A DNA stretch of 64,000 bases, from positions 11,036,001 to 11,100,000 of the forward strand of contig OX442314.1 of NCBI GenBank assembly GCA_949358305.1. Direction: 5' to 3'. The notes beneath the pieces are model-generated. The model did no database searches and had not been told where the DNA came from. It worked only from the letters and a program-made list of their open reading frames with translations. Shown piece after piece: positions 34,722-47,700 of the stretch. The first letter of the stretch is position 1; every line of letters starts with the position of its first letter. The stretch comes from Strigamia acuminata. Lineage: Eukaryota. The position numbers and the translations under genes were made by a program.

Positions 34722-35452
34722 AAAAAATCTGGCGCCCTTTGTCTTTTGTCGTAACTAAATAAAAATCATTTTTACATGTAAAGTTATACTTGTATGTGAA
34801 CTGAACACTCATGAAAAGTCTTTGTTGGAGGTGCCTGGCACCCCTCTGTGCCCAATGGTTAAGATGGCCCTGACTGTAGCACATTGACTGTTTCTATTTG
34901 TATTCATGAGAATAAATTTTGTTGGAAATAAATGGATTCCGTCTGAACGTGTTCCAAGTTGAAACTGTAAACTATTTGTGTTTCTTAAGCAACGATTCAT
35001 TTCTCATCTTCAGTGTAGTAGGCGTTACCATTATATATTGTATATAAATATATGCGATCCGCGCAATCTCTGATTAAAATAGCTGGTCATTCTGGCTGGT
35101 GGCTTTGTGTCTCCGGGTATGGTGGGAAAAAGTAGTAACATAAACATAGAGCTAATACAGTCGAAATTCTTTATAACGAATCGCGATATAACGAATTATC
35201 GATATAACGAATTGTTAAAAATGATTTGGTTGGCCAGCCATAGAACATCATGTTAAATATTTTCGATATAACGAATTTTAATATCACGAATTATTCGCTA
35301 TAACAAACTAGTTTTTATGTACACGAATTTTCAAAACTGAGACTCACAACATCCGATGTCCATATTTAGAAGCCAAAGGAAAATTAAAAATTTACTGTTT
35401 TAAAATGGCTGCCAAACAAAAGGCAATTTCGATTCAGGACAAGTTAAACATT

Positions 35453-36080
35453 AGGTGCATTCAATCTGCTTGTAGAAAGTCACTTAACTGCCTTTCAAAG
35501 GGCGAAAGTGACAATAATTACATCACATTTTGACCAAGTAAAGTCACTTAAGTGACTTTCAGGAAAGTAACTGGAAAGTTCCTTTGCCACCTTTAAGAAG
35601 TCACTTACATGTGCGTGCGCGTGCGCATTGCGCATTTAACACAGCTACAGTGGCAGCCATTTTCTTCTCAATCTGACTGGCTGATATTTTATCCCCCGAA
35701 AGTGACGAACAGGTAAATTAGCAATGTGTTTATTTGTTTAAAAAAATTACTGGAATTTACTGAGGAAATTGTGCGTTTCAGACGTGTACCATTTGTTTTG
35801 TAACGTGGACAAATTCGGGTAATCATCGTCTATCTTCGTTGAGTTGTGGCCACGTGTTTGGTTACTTTTGCATCAAAAAGTGGTTGTCACGGAAAGATGT
35901 CCGATGTCCAACTTGTAACAGCAAGTCGAAAAGCAACGACATTCGCATTATTTTTGCTAATTCTTTAATAATTTGTGTGTTTAAAAAATTGGTGCTAAGT
36001 AAGTGCATTCAATAAAAAGTGACTTTAAGAAAAGGAAGGAAAGTAAAAGTCACTTCTTCTATCCCAGATTGAACGCACCT
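35453..36080. mobile_element. Nested non-autonomous TIR element carrying a RING exon
   Basis: TIR aggtgcattcaatctg / cagattgaacgcacct; repeated aagtcactt/aagtgactt subterminal motifs. Confidence 0.8.
35677..36015 (+). pseudogene. RFWD3: Captured RFWD3-like RING-finger fragment (exons 35677-35712 and 35782-36015)
   Basis: ESDEQ|TCTICFVTWTNSGNHRLSSLSCGHVFGYFCIKKWLSRKDVRCPTCNSKSKSNDIRIIFA; GT-AG intron 35713-35781; no WD40 region; CTG rather than ATG at the start. Confidence 0.8.
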
Positions 36081-37346
36081 AATATTAATGCCATTGACAA
36101 AGACAAGAAGCCATCAATTGTAGCAGATGAGTTTAATTTGTCCAGGTTCTACAAATTTCAACAATTTTAAAGAATTGGGATAAAATTAACATGAAACGCA
36201 TATTTATGAATAAATAATATTATTTGTGATGAAATTTTAATTTTTTTTAGTTAATTCGTTTTAACGGAATTCTCGTTTAAACAAATAGTTTTTTCAGGTC
36301 CCTTGCAATTTGTTATAAAGAGTTTCGACTGTATTCTTATATAAAAGGGGTAGCACCAAAGAGCTTCCCTGCAAGACTCCTTGCAAGCAGAGCTCTGGCA
36401 TAAAGTAAAAATAGTATCTTTCATTTTTTATTATCTTTACTCTATAGCTCAGGTAATCTAACACCAAATAAGCTCAGGTGTTGCGTGCAGGGCACAACAA
36501 CAATGCAGATTAGTCAATGAATTGACGCACAGAAAATACATCAACCAAAAGTATCCATAAAAATCAGTTATATCACGTTCAAAAGGCAATATCATTGTTT
36601 CAGCTCTGCAGTTCTGCACAGAGCTTATACTTGAAACCTATCTCATTTGTATGCCAACCAATGAGTAAACACCTAAGAACCAATAAAACATACAAATCTG
36701 GACAATCAGTCCACTGTCCATTGTCTGTCCATTCTGCAAATTCGCCCTCTGGCAGATTTGGCTATTGGCAATTGTCGTCTGTTAGTTTGTATTGTACTAA
36801 TTGTAATTCACGATTTGCGCGATCCCAGACTGCGCATGCGCAGTCGTTTAGCGCGCTCTGGTGGCGACATACGAAACTACAACCTGGGGCACATGTTCGC
36901 CGATTTTTGACTGATTTCAAAAATGATTGTGTCCAAGTCGTCTACTTGCAACAATCCCTTTCCGTCCGTACTTCACCTGTAGTATGGATTCAACACTGTG
37001 ATCGTGGATCGTGCATCCACAAACAAAATAAAATATGTATATGTATATACACGGTATAAATATAAACGCTCGCCAACACCAACACACGCTCGCCAAGACC
37101 GAATCACACTCGCCAACACCGAATCACACTCGCCAGTCACCAACACACACGCTCGTCAATACCAACACACACTTGCAAATGGAAAACATGTCAGTTTTTG
37201 TTGAGAGTTGAATTACAAGTGCTTTTATTTGCATAGATTTACATAACAATAGTTAAGTGCATTGGTCCATGCAGAGAAGCGAATACAGCATCTTTGATTG
37301 TCTTTCTGTTTGTGTGTCATTGGGAGTCTTTCGATTGGCTTTTCTG

Positions 37347-40300
37347 CTACAACAGCACTCGGGATTTCTGCCACAACAGCATTAAATAATCCGCCCAATT
37401 AAACAAAAGAATTTTTACTAAGAATAATATTGAACTGATTGGTAGTCTATCTACACTTTGATTAAACAAAATATAGAGAAGTGGTTTAAACACTTTTGTA
37501 CTACTACTATCCATTAGTGGTGGAAAACAAATTTCTTGACCACTTCCTACGGGGCAATGTGAAAGTGAAAAATCTTTGAACCTTTGACTGTCTGATTTGA
37601 TGATGGCCCATTCCTTTGGTGGGCAGCACATTTGTAAAAGAATCCATCCCAATTTTACGACATCATTATTCTACATTTAAAAAACAAATAATGATAAATC
37701 AAAGATCATTAAAAAATAAAAAATGTTTGATTACCGGTTGAAAGTCACCCGTGCTGCTTTCCGAATCAGCACTTGAAGTACTCCCAACAGTTCCAGTTGT
37801 ATCCAATTCAGGCCTCTGTATAATTAAAAATCACCAAATACATTTAAAAATATTTAAATAAAATCTAGCCTCCAAACCTTAATAAATTTTGCATAACCCA
37901 AATCTCCGACTTTCGCGTTATCTCTCGAATCCAAAAATATATTTTTGGCTGACACGTCTCGATGAACAATATTCTATTGTTTTAAACATTAGTCCAATTA
38001 ATTTTACATTTTTTGTTCACTCACTTTCTCATGTAGGTAAGCAATGCCTTCAACTGAGCCCTTAAATAAACGCCACACTCGAGGTGCATCTTTGCACAAC
38101 AACCCCTTATTAATTTCATCAAGAAGGGATCCGTTTTCACACAATTCCATCTATAAATAAATTAAACTAAATAAACCTACACTTTAAAATTACTTTTCTC
38201 CTATACCTGTATATACAATTTTTTCGCTTCACTCCAACTGTCATAATACCTGCGATCAATAAACAAACTATATGGTATACACTTTTACAAAATTTAGTCT
38301 AAAAGCTATTTACCTCACAATATGTTTATGTTGCAATTGAGCTAAAATTTTTGCTTCTTCATTGTCTTTTTCATGACCCGAAGATATTTCCTTTATAGCA
38401 TAAAATTGTCCATCTATTTTACTAAGTACCTTAAATACCGTCCCAGAGGCGCCATGGCCAATCTGACTGTTTACTTCAAAATCAGTTTGTATTCGCGATT
38501 TATTGCTGGCTGCGGCTGCCCCATCTGCTGTTTGCTCTCTACTCGTAGATGCCCCTTCATTCACAGGAAACACGGAATTAGTGGCCGGTAGAAATGACAT
38601 TTTCTTCTCAACCGTGTTGTGATCCCAAACGTCACTGTTTCATTTGGGTGAAATTGATCAAGAATTGCGTGTAATTTTTATTGTATTGTAATTATTGTAA
38701 ATAATTTGCTTGATTTTAGACACTGCTATCGACTGTTACTAAATAGCCGTTATTCATCGCTAAGCTGTGAGTGAGATGTTAAATTTAACTTGTGTTTTTG
38801 ATGTTCGCCACCAGTTGGCGCTGTGTTGTTGTATTTCCCTATACTCGCCATTTTGTATTCAACTCCATGTAACCTGTTTTTTGTTTGAAGCAGTAAAACA
38901 TCCATTATTACTGCACAAGTGTGATTTCTTCTAACATCAGCAACTTAACTGCCAAATTAGGGGGTAGCTATGGCCAACTCCTAATTTGCACCGTTGCCGC
39001 CATTTTTCCATTGTCTCTCTTCGCGCACGTTGTTTGAATTTACACCAATTCGCCATTGGAATTTGCAGACTGGTTTCCAAAGGCGAATCAGTAAAACATT
39101 CGCCATTGGAAACCTATTTGAGCATTTCCAATGGCGAATGTGTGCAAATTTGCCATTTGCCATTTGCCATTTGTCTATAGAAGACCTACAGACGCCATTC
39201 AACTGCTTCCACAGATTGAATACGGTACCATATAAAATTAGAATTAATTACCTTTGTATTGGAAAAAAATTCCTCAATTTAGCAAACGATGACTCAGAAC
39301 ATATTTCCAACAAACAGTCCAGAAGTTTTGAAATATGTTTCAGGATATATTTGGTTCCACCATCGTCACTGGAAACTATATTTTCACCATCGATTTGTTG
39401 ATCAAGGTCGAAGACTTTGATCATTTTTATAATGATTAGCCACGGGTTTTGAACATCTTGAAGTGTTATGTCATAAACCAGTTTACGAAAGAAACTATCA
39501 AAAGCATTTATGTTCTAAAATTAAACAACAGACACATAAAACAAACCTTCACACAATATACAAAAAAGATATTTCACAGTATGCGAACCTTCATCATACG
39601 TTCATTGATTTCAAACGATGCAGTTTTTGAAGTCTTATCTGCTGTTTCAGTCTCATCAACTGGTTCAGTTTTAAGCCCAGACTTAAATCTGCAATTAATA
39701 AACAAAAGTATTTTTTAAATCTCAAAGTAAAATCAGTTGTTTTGTTTCCCATCGCGTTGCGACCAGTTTCATCACTACAAATTGGCAATGATGAAAGGAG
39801 AAAAAATGTCTTGCAGAAACCGGGTCGGATCGTTTAGTCGACTGTCGTCTACTCAACGGCAGCGATTAAACGTTTATTGTGTTTTTTTGTTCACCTACCG
39901 GTAGTCGACCAACTTCTAGGGTACGCCGTTTCGTCGACCAGGTCACCTACCAGTCGACAAATAGAGTCGACTAGGTGACTAACTTGTAAGTAAAAAACGA
40001 CCTCGTATCCCGTTCTTGTAATGTGCTCGATCCCGCGGAAACACAAGTTCGTCATTGCCACATTATGAAAATCAACTGTTTCAGCCCAAAATCGACGTTT
40101 AAGTCCAAAACCAACATAAACCAATTGGTCAATAAAATGTCGATTTTTGGTGTAAAAACATCGATTTTTGCGCTAAAAGTCTTATCAATTACCAATTACC
40201 TACCGTTTGGACAAACGTTCTTTGTTTCTATTCCACATTTCTTTATATTGTGGTAAACGAATTTCGTCAAAAGAAAAAAAGTTTCCATTCATCACATTTT

Positions 40301-41986
40301 CTTCAATCAATTCCATAGATGCTCGATCTAGCACATCCATGGTTAAGTCTATTACACCTTCTTCATTGGGTTGTCCTTTTATACTCGCCATGAGATTGTA
40401 AAATCTTTCCTCAGCCTTATCTTGCTCTCCACCACTCATTCTCGGCACTTCTTGTAATGACAAAAACTTTTCCACAATTATCCGTTGCAACAAAATTTCC
40501 CAATGTGTCAAAAATAAAAAGTTCTCACTTTCCTTCAGGAATTGCATAGGTTCCGAGATTTCCGTCTTTCCAAAACATCGAATTTGCGACACTTGCTCCG
40601 CAGTTGGTCTGTCTTCAACCCGCTGAGTTAGCAACAACAACGCAATAGTTCCTGGCCAACGCCTAAACTTCACCCAAGAAATATCCAAAAACTGTACCGG
40701 TGCGCGAAAGCAACGCAACATTTTACATCGTGCATCCAGTGGTAATGGTGGAAGCCACATTTCTAAGAACATTCTACCGGCACTAAAGACATTACCTAAC
40801 TAAGTTAAAAGAATTAAAAATAACTATTGGCAAATCTCACGCACAAAAAATGATTGATTACCTGACTGGCATTTGTGCCGTCGTATTCTGGAGCTGCATA
40901 TTCACGTGAAGCAATGTTTTCAGAACAAATTTCACCCAATGTTCGACTCTGCAAGATTAAAATCACACTTTAAATTCCACAAGCAAAGCTTTTTAAATTT
41001 TCAGGCCTGGATTAAGGCGGGGAGGGGACCAAGTGAGGAATTGTCACGGACCCCTGATGCACGTATATTTTTTCTCACAAAAATGTTGTTTGTTTACATG
41101 AAACGCATTATTTCAGCAAAAATCCATCGTATTGTGCGAAAATTCAATTTTTTCAGTTAAATATTAAGTTTTTTATCATAAAAAAATGTATTTTTTCACC
41201 CGCAATTGTATTTTTTGTTATTTATGAATATATGTGCTCCGTACGTCCGTGAGAAAATAAATAAATAAATCGTAAGACAAACTATAGTTGAAATTCCAAA
41301 TTTGCTTATTTTAGCACGATCCTTTGTATCTATTAAAATATTTTTTGGTTCAAAGTTATGAAGAATAATTCCCTATTAAAAAAAAGAAATTCGTGAGCGA
41401 TTAGTTACACTTTTTTAATTCTATTTTTTACTAACCTCCTTATGCAGATATCTAAGGCCATTAATCATATCTTTGAAATAACGCCATATAAAACTTGTAT
41501 CTTCAAATAATCCCTTATCAATGGCATAACGAAGGGTGCCGATGCTACAACATTCCATCTAAATGTAAAAAATATTTAAACTACCTGGTAAATAAAATTT
41601 ACATTTTCACTACCTGTAAATAATTTATTGCTTCATCGTTATCAGTTTCACGCCAATGCTTAAAATATCTGCCATTAATAAATAAAAATCATTTCACTTT
41701 AGAAAGCCAGTACTTCTGTTGAAATTTACCGGTACCTCACAAAATCTCCAGTATCAAGGCGAGATAAAAGTTTCAAGTCTTCGACAATTTGCTTATCATC
41801 ACGCTGGTCATTAAGTTGGTTCAAAACAGTCTTCTTCATTTGTACAACATAGAGTTTTTCATCGACTTTGTGAGTAACCTTTAACACTTTGCTAAAAGCA
41901 CCTTGACTAAGCTCTTCTTCTACTTTAAAATTCTTCTGAAATGTGTATGAGTCTTTTCCAGGTGCCATATCACGAGTTTCAATCAT
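37347..41986 (-). CDS. Tandem GCN2-like kinase gene, copy B (linker splicing uncertain; may be split or pseudogenised)
   Basis: D1 LSQGAFSKV..GIILHNFEPKNILID..KFG..YAAPE; D2 IGHGASGTVFKV..NIVHRDVSAKNIFLDSRDNAKVGDLG; insertion approx. 38612-39227 disrupts the linker. Confidence 0.6.
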
Positions 41987-42059
41987 ATTTTCCGGTGTAG
42001 TTATTTTCTCCTCAGATTTGGGTAGACTTGGAGCCTACAAGTCAAATTTTTATTTCATT

Positions 42060-42345
42060 TTTTGATGTTTTGTGTGTATTTTCTCATAATTTTGACGTTT
42101 CCATGCGTATTTTTTCAGATTTTTGATTTTTTTATCCGCATTTTCTCATAATTTTGACGTTTTGGAGTAATTTCTCATAATTTTGATGTTTTGAAGTACT
42201 CCGTAGTTTCTAATAATTTTGATGTTTTGAAGTACTCCGTAGTTTCTAATAATTTTGACGTTTTTATGTGTATTTTCACATAATTTTGACATTTTTATGT
42301 GTATTTTCACATTTTCACATGATTTTGACGTTTTTAAAGTATCCT
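42060..42345. repeat. Degenerate 31-36 bp tandem repeats (ataattttgatgtttt core); inverted counterpart at approx. 42720-42830
   Basis: Directly visible. Confidence 0.7.
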
Positions 42346-42358
42346 CTTCATTATGATG

Positions 42359-42710
42359 GGGCGTGTCATCTAGCGCGACTTTTTGGTACAGCGTCGCAAT
42401 TTACCGCTACACATTTTACCGCTACACATTTTACCGCTGCACAATGTACAGCGACACATTGTGCAGCAAAACAATATACAGCGACATATTTTACTATTAT
42501 CATTAATTTATTTAATTTTTTTATACACTACCATTTCCAGCTTTATCGCTGCACAATGTGTCGCTGTACATTGTGTAGCGGTAGACTGTGTCGCGGGACA
42601 TTGTTGAGCGATTTCAGAAAAAACTTTGTCGCGGTAGATTGCTGTAGCTGTACATTGTGTTGCGGTATATTGCTGTAGCTGTACATTGTGTAGCGCTAGA
42701 TGTGGGGCCC
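42359..42710. mobile_element. Foldback MITE, Mutator-like (9-10 bp TSD)
   Basis: Flanked by cattatgatg at 42349-42358 and 42711-42720; ends catctagcgc / gcgctagatg; 15-bp internal repeats in opposite orientations. Confidence 0.75.
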
Positions 42711-44747
42711 CATTATGATGCATTTTTGATGCACATCAGAGAAAATATACAAAAATTGCAGGATTCTTGTAAGAAAATACCTCAAATTCGTGAGAAAATA
42801 CTTAAACACATCAAAATCTTGAGAAAATACTGTAACTGTAACTCTTTTATTCCTGAAAATTAATTTAGGGGACCAACTTTAATTCCTCCAAAATTTTTTT
42901 TCTCCAAATTTTATAATGTACAAAGTATGAATATTTTTTCGATCATTCATAAAATAATGCAATACGGTATTTACAATATTAAACACCAGTACAGGATGTG
43001 CTCCATCTTATTTTTCCAGGTGCAATCACATTTTTCCTGGCATGAGCACATGTTCTAATGTGTGTTTTGAGGATGTGATCAAAATTACTATAGTCTAAGA
43101 ACATAAGATTATAAGGAAACTTGCCGCAACCAAGTTCTTAACACCATAAGAACCAATATTTATAAGGAAAAAGGTATGTCTGCAAACTCTCTAATGTGTG
43201 GTAACCAGCCTTGGCTATGGGAAGGTTAAGAATTTTCGTTCCCTCACCTGTTTGGAAGAGCGAGGTTCCATCTGTACTCAATTATGGCCGATTACAGCTT
43301 GCTGTTTCTTCAATCTTCACAATCTGAATAGCTGACACAATAGAGAAGTTGACAAGTTGAGGCAAGTCAACAGGTGGTGTGGCGGGAAAACCTGGAGAGA
43401 CAATACTAAAAACTGACTAGGTTTTAGTAACAACCCTTGTCTTGATAGGGATGGATAACGACAGCGTGCTCTATGGAAATACGTAAACAGTTTGAAAATC
43501 ACCACACACATTTGAATTGGAATTTATCATTTGTTTACTAGTTGATTTAATTTGCTTTACTCTGTTCGCTTAGTGTGTGTGAGCGCAGACTGAGTCAGGG
43601 ACTCGCAAAAATGCTTTAACAATTCTGTTGCAAGTATTAGTCATTCCATGGCTTGGAGTACCCTGTCGCCATCCGCTACGCGACTCACTAGTCAGTCGTC
43701 TCGTCGTCTGGACTTGTGTCAACTCATATATTTCCTAATTATCGTTTTTGATTAATTGAACCGAGTTACATCGACGCCAACAGCTGCAAAGCAAGAAGTT
43801 CATGGACCCGTGTGCAACTTGGGTTGATGCAGCTTGACGGACCCCTTTAGCGTCCTCTTGTGGCGGTTGGAGCATTTGTTCCATCCTCCACGGGCCCGCG
43901 ACAAAAAATTAAAAATTAAAAATTAAATTTATTAATATTGAAAATTTTAGGGGGGAATTTCAGTTTTGTTACGTAATTGTTACGTAGTTTTGTTACGTTT
44001 GGGAATTTGTTATGACCTTGTTACAGAGGTGGGAAGGGGTCTAAAAATCGTAAATTTTGCGTTACGTAATTTCTGGACGGCCCCTAATAATAATTTGAAT
44101 TGTAGACTCCAATTTCACTCAAATCTGAAGGAAAAATAACCAGTGCATCAGAAAGTATGATAGAAGAAACCATCAGCTGCCATGTTCTGTTTTCTCAGTG
44201 GTCCTAACATCATTTTCTTGTTTACGTATTGCAGACTTCTTGGACCATTTAAACTTAAACCTTTTAATCAATAAATGTGACTACCATATGAACTAATATT
44301 CTGGTTAACTTTGAAATAATAAACTTTTCATATTTATTTCTTTAATAGAGACACGGTTTACAAGTTCATAAGTACAAAAATCCATAAAGATGAAAAATGA
44401 ATCGTTGCTTAAGAAACACAAATAGTTTTCAGTTTCAACTCGGACCACGTTCAGAGGGATTTTGACTGGGAATCCATTTATTTCCAACAAAATTTATTCT
44501 CATGAATACAAATAGAAACAGTCAATGTGCTACAGTCAGGGGCCCTTAACCATTGGGCTAACTGGGCTGCAGCCCAGGGGCGCTGAGCACAGAAGAGTGC
44601 CAGACACTTTCTACTAAGAGTCTTCATGAACGTTCAGTTCATATATAACTTATACATGTAAAAATGATTTTTTTTAATTACGACAAGGGGCAAAGGGCGC
44701 CTGATTTTTTTTAATTACGACAAGGGGCAAAGGGCGCCTGATTTTTT

Positions 44748-47700
44748 TTAGTCCAGCAGGTCGCTGAACAGTTTTAAGAGGGCCTTCTCTACGGTACTGC
44801 CAGATGGCCCAGACTCTTCCTCTTGGTTTGAACGTTTTCGTTTGGAATTTAGAAATTCCAACCAATCGCAAAAAAGAAGGCTTATCAATAACAAGTATGA
44901 ACTGATTGGGAGTCTATCAACACTGCGATTTAACAAAAAACGGAGAAGTGGTACAAACCCTTCATCCATATTTGGTGGGAAAATAATTTCTTGATTACCT
45001 ATGGGGCGATATGAAAATGAAAATTCTTCGTAAATTTCATTGCCAGATTTGGTGACACCATTAATGATGACACAGTCATCTGGTGGGCAGCACATTTCTA
45101 AAAGAATTCTTCCCAACTGTTCGACATCATAATCCTAAATTTTAAAACAAATAATGATAAATCAAAGATAAATAAAAAATAAATAAAAAATAAATAATTA
45201 TTGATTACCTGATGACTGTAACTCGTGCTGCTTACATCCGAATCAGCACTTGAAGTTCTCCCAACAGTTCCAATTGGAAACAATTCAGGCCTCTGTACAA
45301 TTTAAAATCACCAAATACATCTAAAAATAAATATACAAAATCTAGCTTCCAAACCTTAATAAATTTTGAAAAACCAAAATCTCCGATTTTCGCATTATCT
45401 CTCGAATCCAGAAATATATTTTTAGCTGACAGGTCTCCATGAATTATTTTCTATAGTTATAAACATATTAGTCCACAGCTAATTTCATATTTTTTCTTCA
45501 TTTACTTTATGATGCAGGTAAGCAATGCCTTTAACCGAGCCCTTAAACAACCGCCACACACGAGGTGAATCAGCCCACAACAATCCCTTTCTAATTTCAT
45601 CCAGCAGGGAACCGTTTTCACACAATTCCATCTATGGATTTATTTATTAAACTGAATAAACCGACATTTGAAAATTACTTTTCCTCATAGGCCTACCTGT
45701 ATATACAATACTGAAACAAGCCCTTTGGCTTCAATCCAAGTATCATAATACCTGCAACCAATACACAATAAACCATATGATACATACTTTTACAAAATTA
45801 AATCTAAAAGCCATTTACCTCACAATATGTTCATCTTGCAATTCAGATAAAATTTTTACTTCTTCAATATTTTCTTTATGCTCCAAAGTTAATTCCTTTG
45901 CAGCATCCAATTGTCCATCTTTTTTTCTACGTACCTTAAACACTGTGCCAAAGTTACCTTTGCCAATCAGAGTCTTTGCTTCAAATTCAGTTTGAAATCG
46001 AGATTTGCTGCCTGCGTCTGCCCCATCTGCTCTTTGCTCTCTGCTCGTAGTAGCCCCTTGATTCGCAGGAGCCGATAGAATTGGGGTTTTCTCCTGAGCC
46101 GATAACTCCAAAAACATTTCAGACAAATAGTCCAGAACTTGTAGATCATTTGCAAGAATATCTCTGGTTCCACTGTCAACACTGGAAATTATGTTATCAG
46201 GATCAGTTTGTTGATCAGAGTCTTTTACTTCAACACAATCATTTGAATCCTTGAACATTTTTTCTGGGTCCAAGTTCCCAACATCGCCACCCTAAATACG
46301 GACATTTTTCAAGCTACGTCCGATTTTAACTTTTTATGAACTCACTTGCTTCGCCACGAGTGCGAGGACTTTAATCATTTTTACAACGAATAGCCACTGG
46401 TGATATTTATCTTCAATTGATACGTCATCAAACCATTTATAAAGAAAACGAGACATACTTATTTTCTTCTAAAATTAAACAACAGATACATGAAACAAAA
46501 CGATATTTCTCAATAAGTGAAACTTTACCCCAAGTTTTTCGAAAACTTCAGAAACTGCAGTTTTTGAAGTAGTCTCTTCTGCTGTATCAACCGGTTCAGT
46601 TTTTGAAGTAGTCCCATCTGCTGTATCAACTGGTGCAGTTTCAATACCAGATTTACATCTGTAATTAATAAACAAAAGTTTTTTAAATCTCAAAGTGAAA
46701 CTAGTTCTTTTGTTTCCCATCGCATTGCGATCAACGGTTTTAGCCCAAAATCAATATTTCAGTCCAAAACCGCCATTTTAGACCAATTGGTCAATAATAT
46801 GTCGATTTTTGCGCTAAAACAGTCTCGTCAATTACCTATGATCCGGTTTGCACAAACGTTCATTGTTTATATTCCACATTTCTTTAAATTGGGGTAAACG
46901 AATACCGTCAAAAGGAAAAACTCTTCTATTCTCCAGTTTGTCTTCCGCCCATTGATAAACTGCTTCTCCATCTATTGAATCCACGGTTAATAAGTCTATT
47001 ACATCTTCTGCGTTGGGTTGTCCTTTTATAGCCTGCACTGGACTGTAGAATCTCTCCTCAGCTTTCTCTCGCTCTCCATCACTCATTCTCCGCACTTCTT
47101 GGAATGACAAAAACTTTTCCACAAATACTCGTTGCAAAGAATTTTCAAAACATAACATAAAACTTGCAACTGATTTTTCGTCTTCGTTTGAAAATGTCGC
47201 CAGTTGATGCAGGAAGACTACTTCTAACGAACATTCCATCCTTTCAAAATTAAGGATGTGTTCCACTTGCTTCGCAGTTGGTCTGTCCTCAACACTCGGA
47301 GTTTGCAACCAAAACGCAATAATTCCTGGATAAGGTGCCGACTTCACCAGAAAAAAATCCAAAGGCTGTATGCTGAAGCAACGCAGCATTTTGCATCGTG
47401 CATCAGCTGGTAATGGCGGAAGCCACATTTCTAAGAACATTCTACCGGCACTAAAGACATTACCTTCCTAAATTAAAAGAATTAAAATAAATATTGACAA
47501 ATCTAACGCACAAGCAAGTAAATATCTGTAATGCAGGGAAGCATTACATATTAGACTTCTAAACCCCTTCTACACTTTTCTGTATAGAAATACATCTGTC
47601 ACCAAAATAAAATAAAATAATGTGGAGTTTTCGGGTTCGAGAAATTCAAAGACGGGCGACAACACATCTAAAACCCGTTTATTAATTAAACCGAAGGTCG

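Larger units (their letters stand above)
35158..36331 (+). mobile_element. Internally deleted pogo/Tigger-like DNA transposon
   Basis: TIR cagtcgaaa(t)tctttataac, TA flanks; remnant CENP-B-type HTH N-terminus MAAKQKAISIQDKLNI..NAIDKDKKPSIVADEFNLS, split by a nested insertion. Confidence 0.8.

Noticed and set aside
36595..37204. ORFs and cgccaacac repeats
   Set aside because: Probably TE debris; no termini or protein motif could be defined
38612..40030. Insertions in copy B with gccatt and gtcgac repeats and their ORFs
   Set aside because: Likely MITEs, but TIR/TSD are too degenerate to classify; ORFs are repeat-derived
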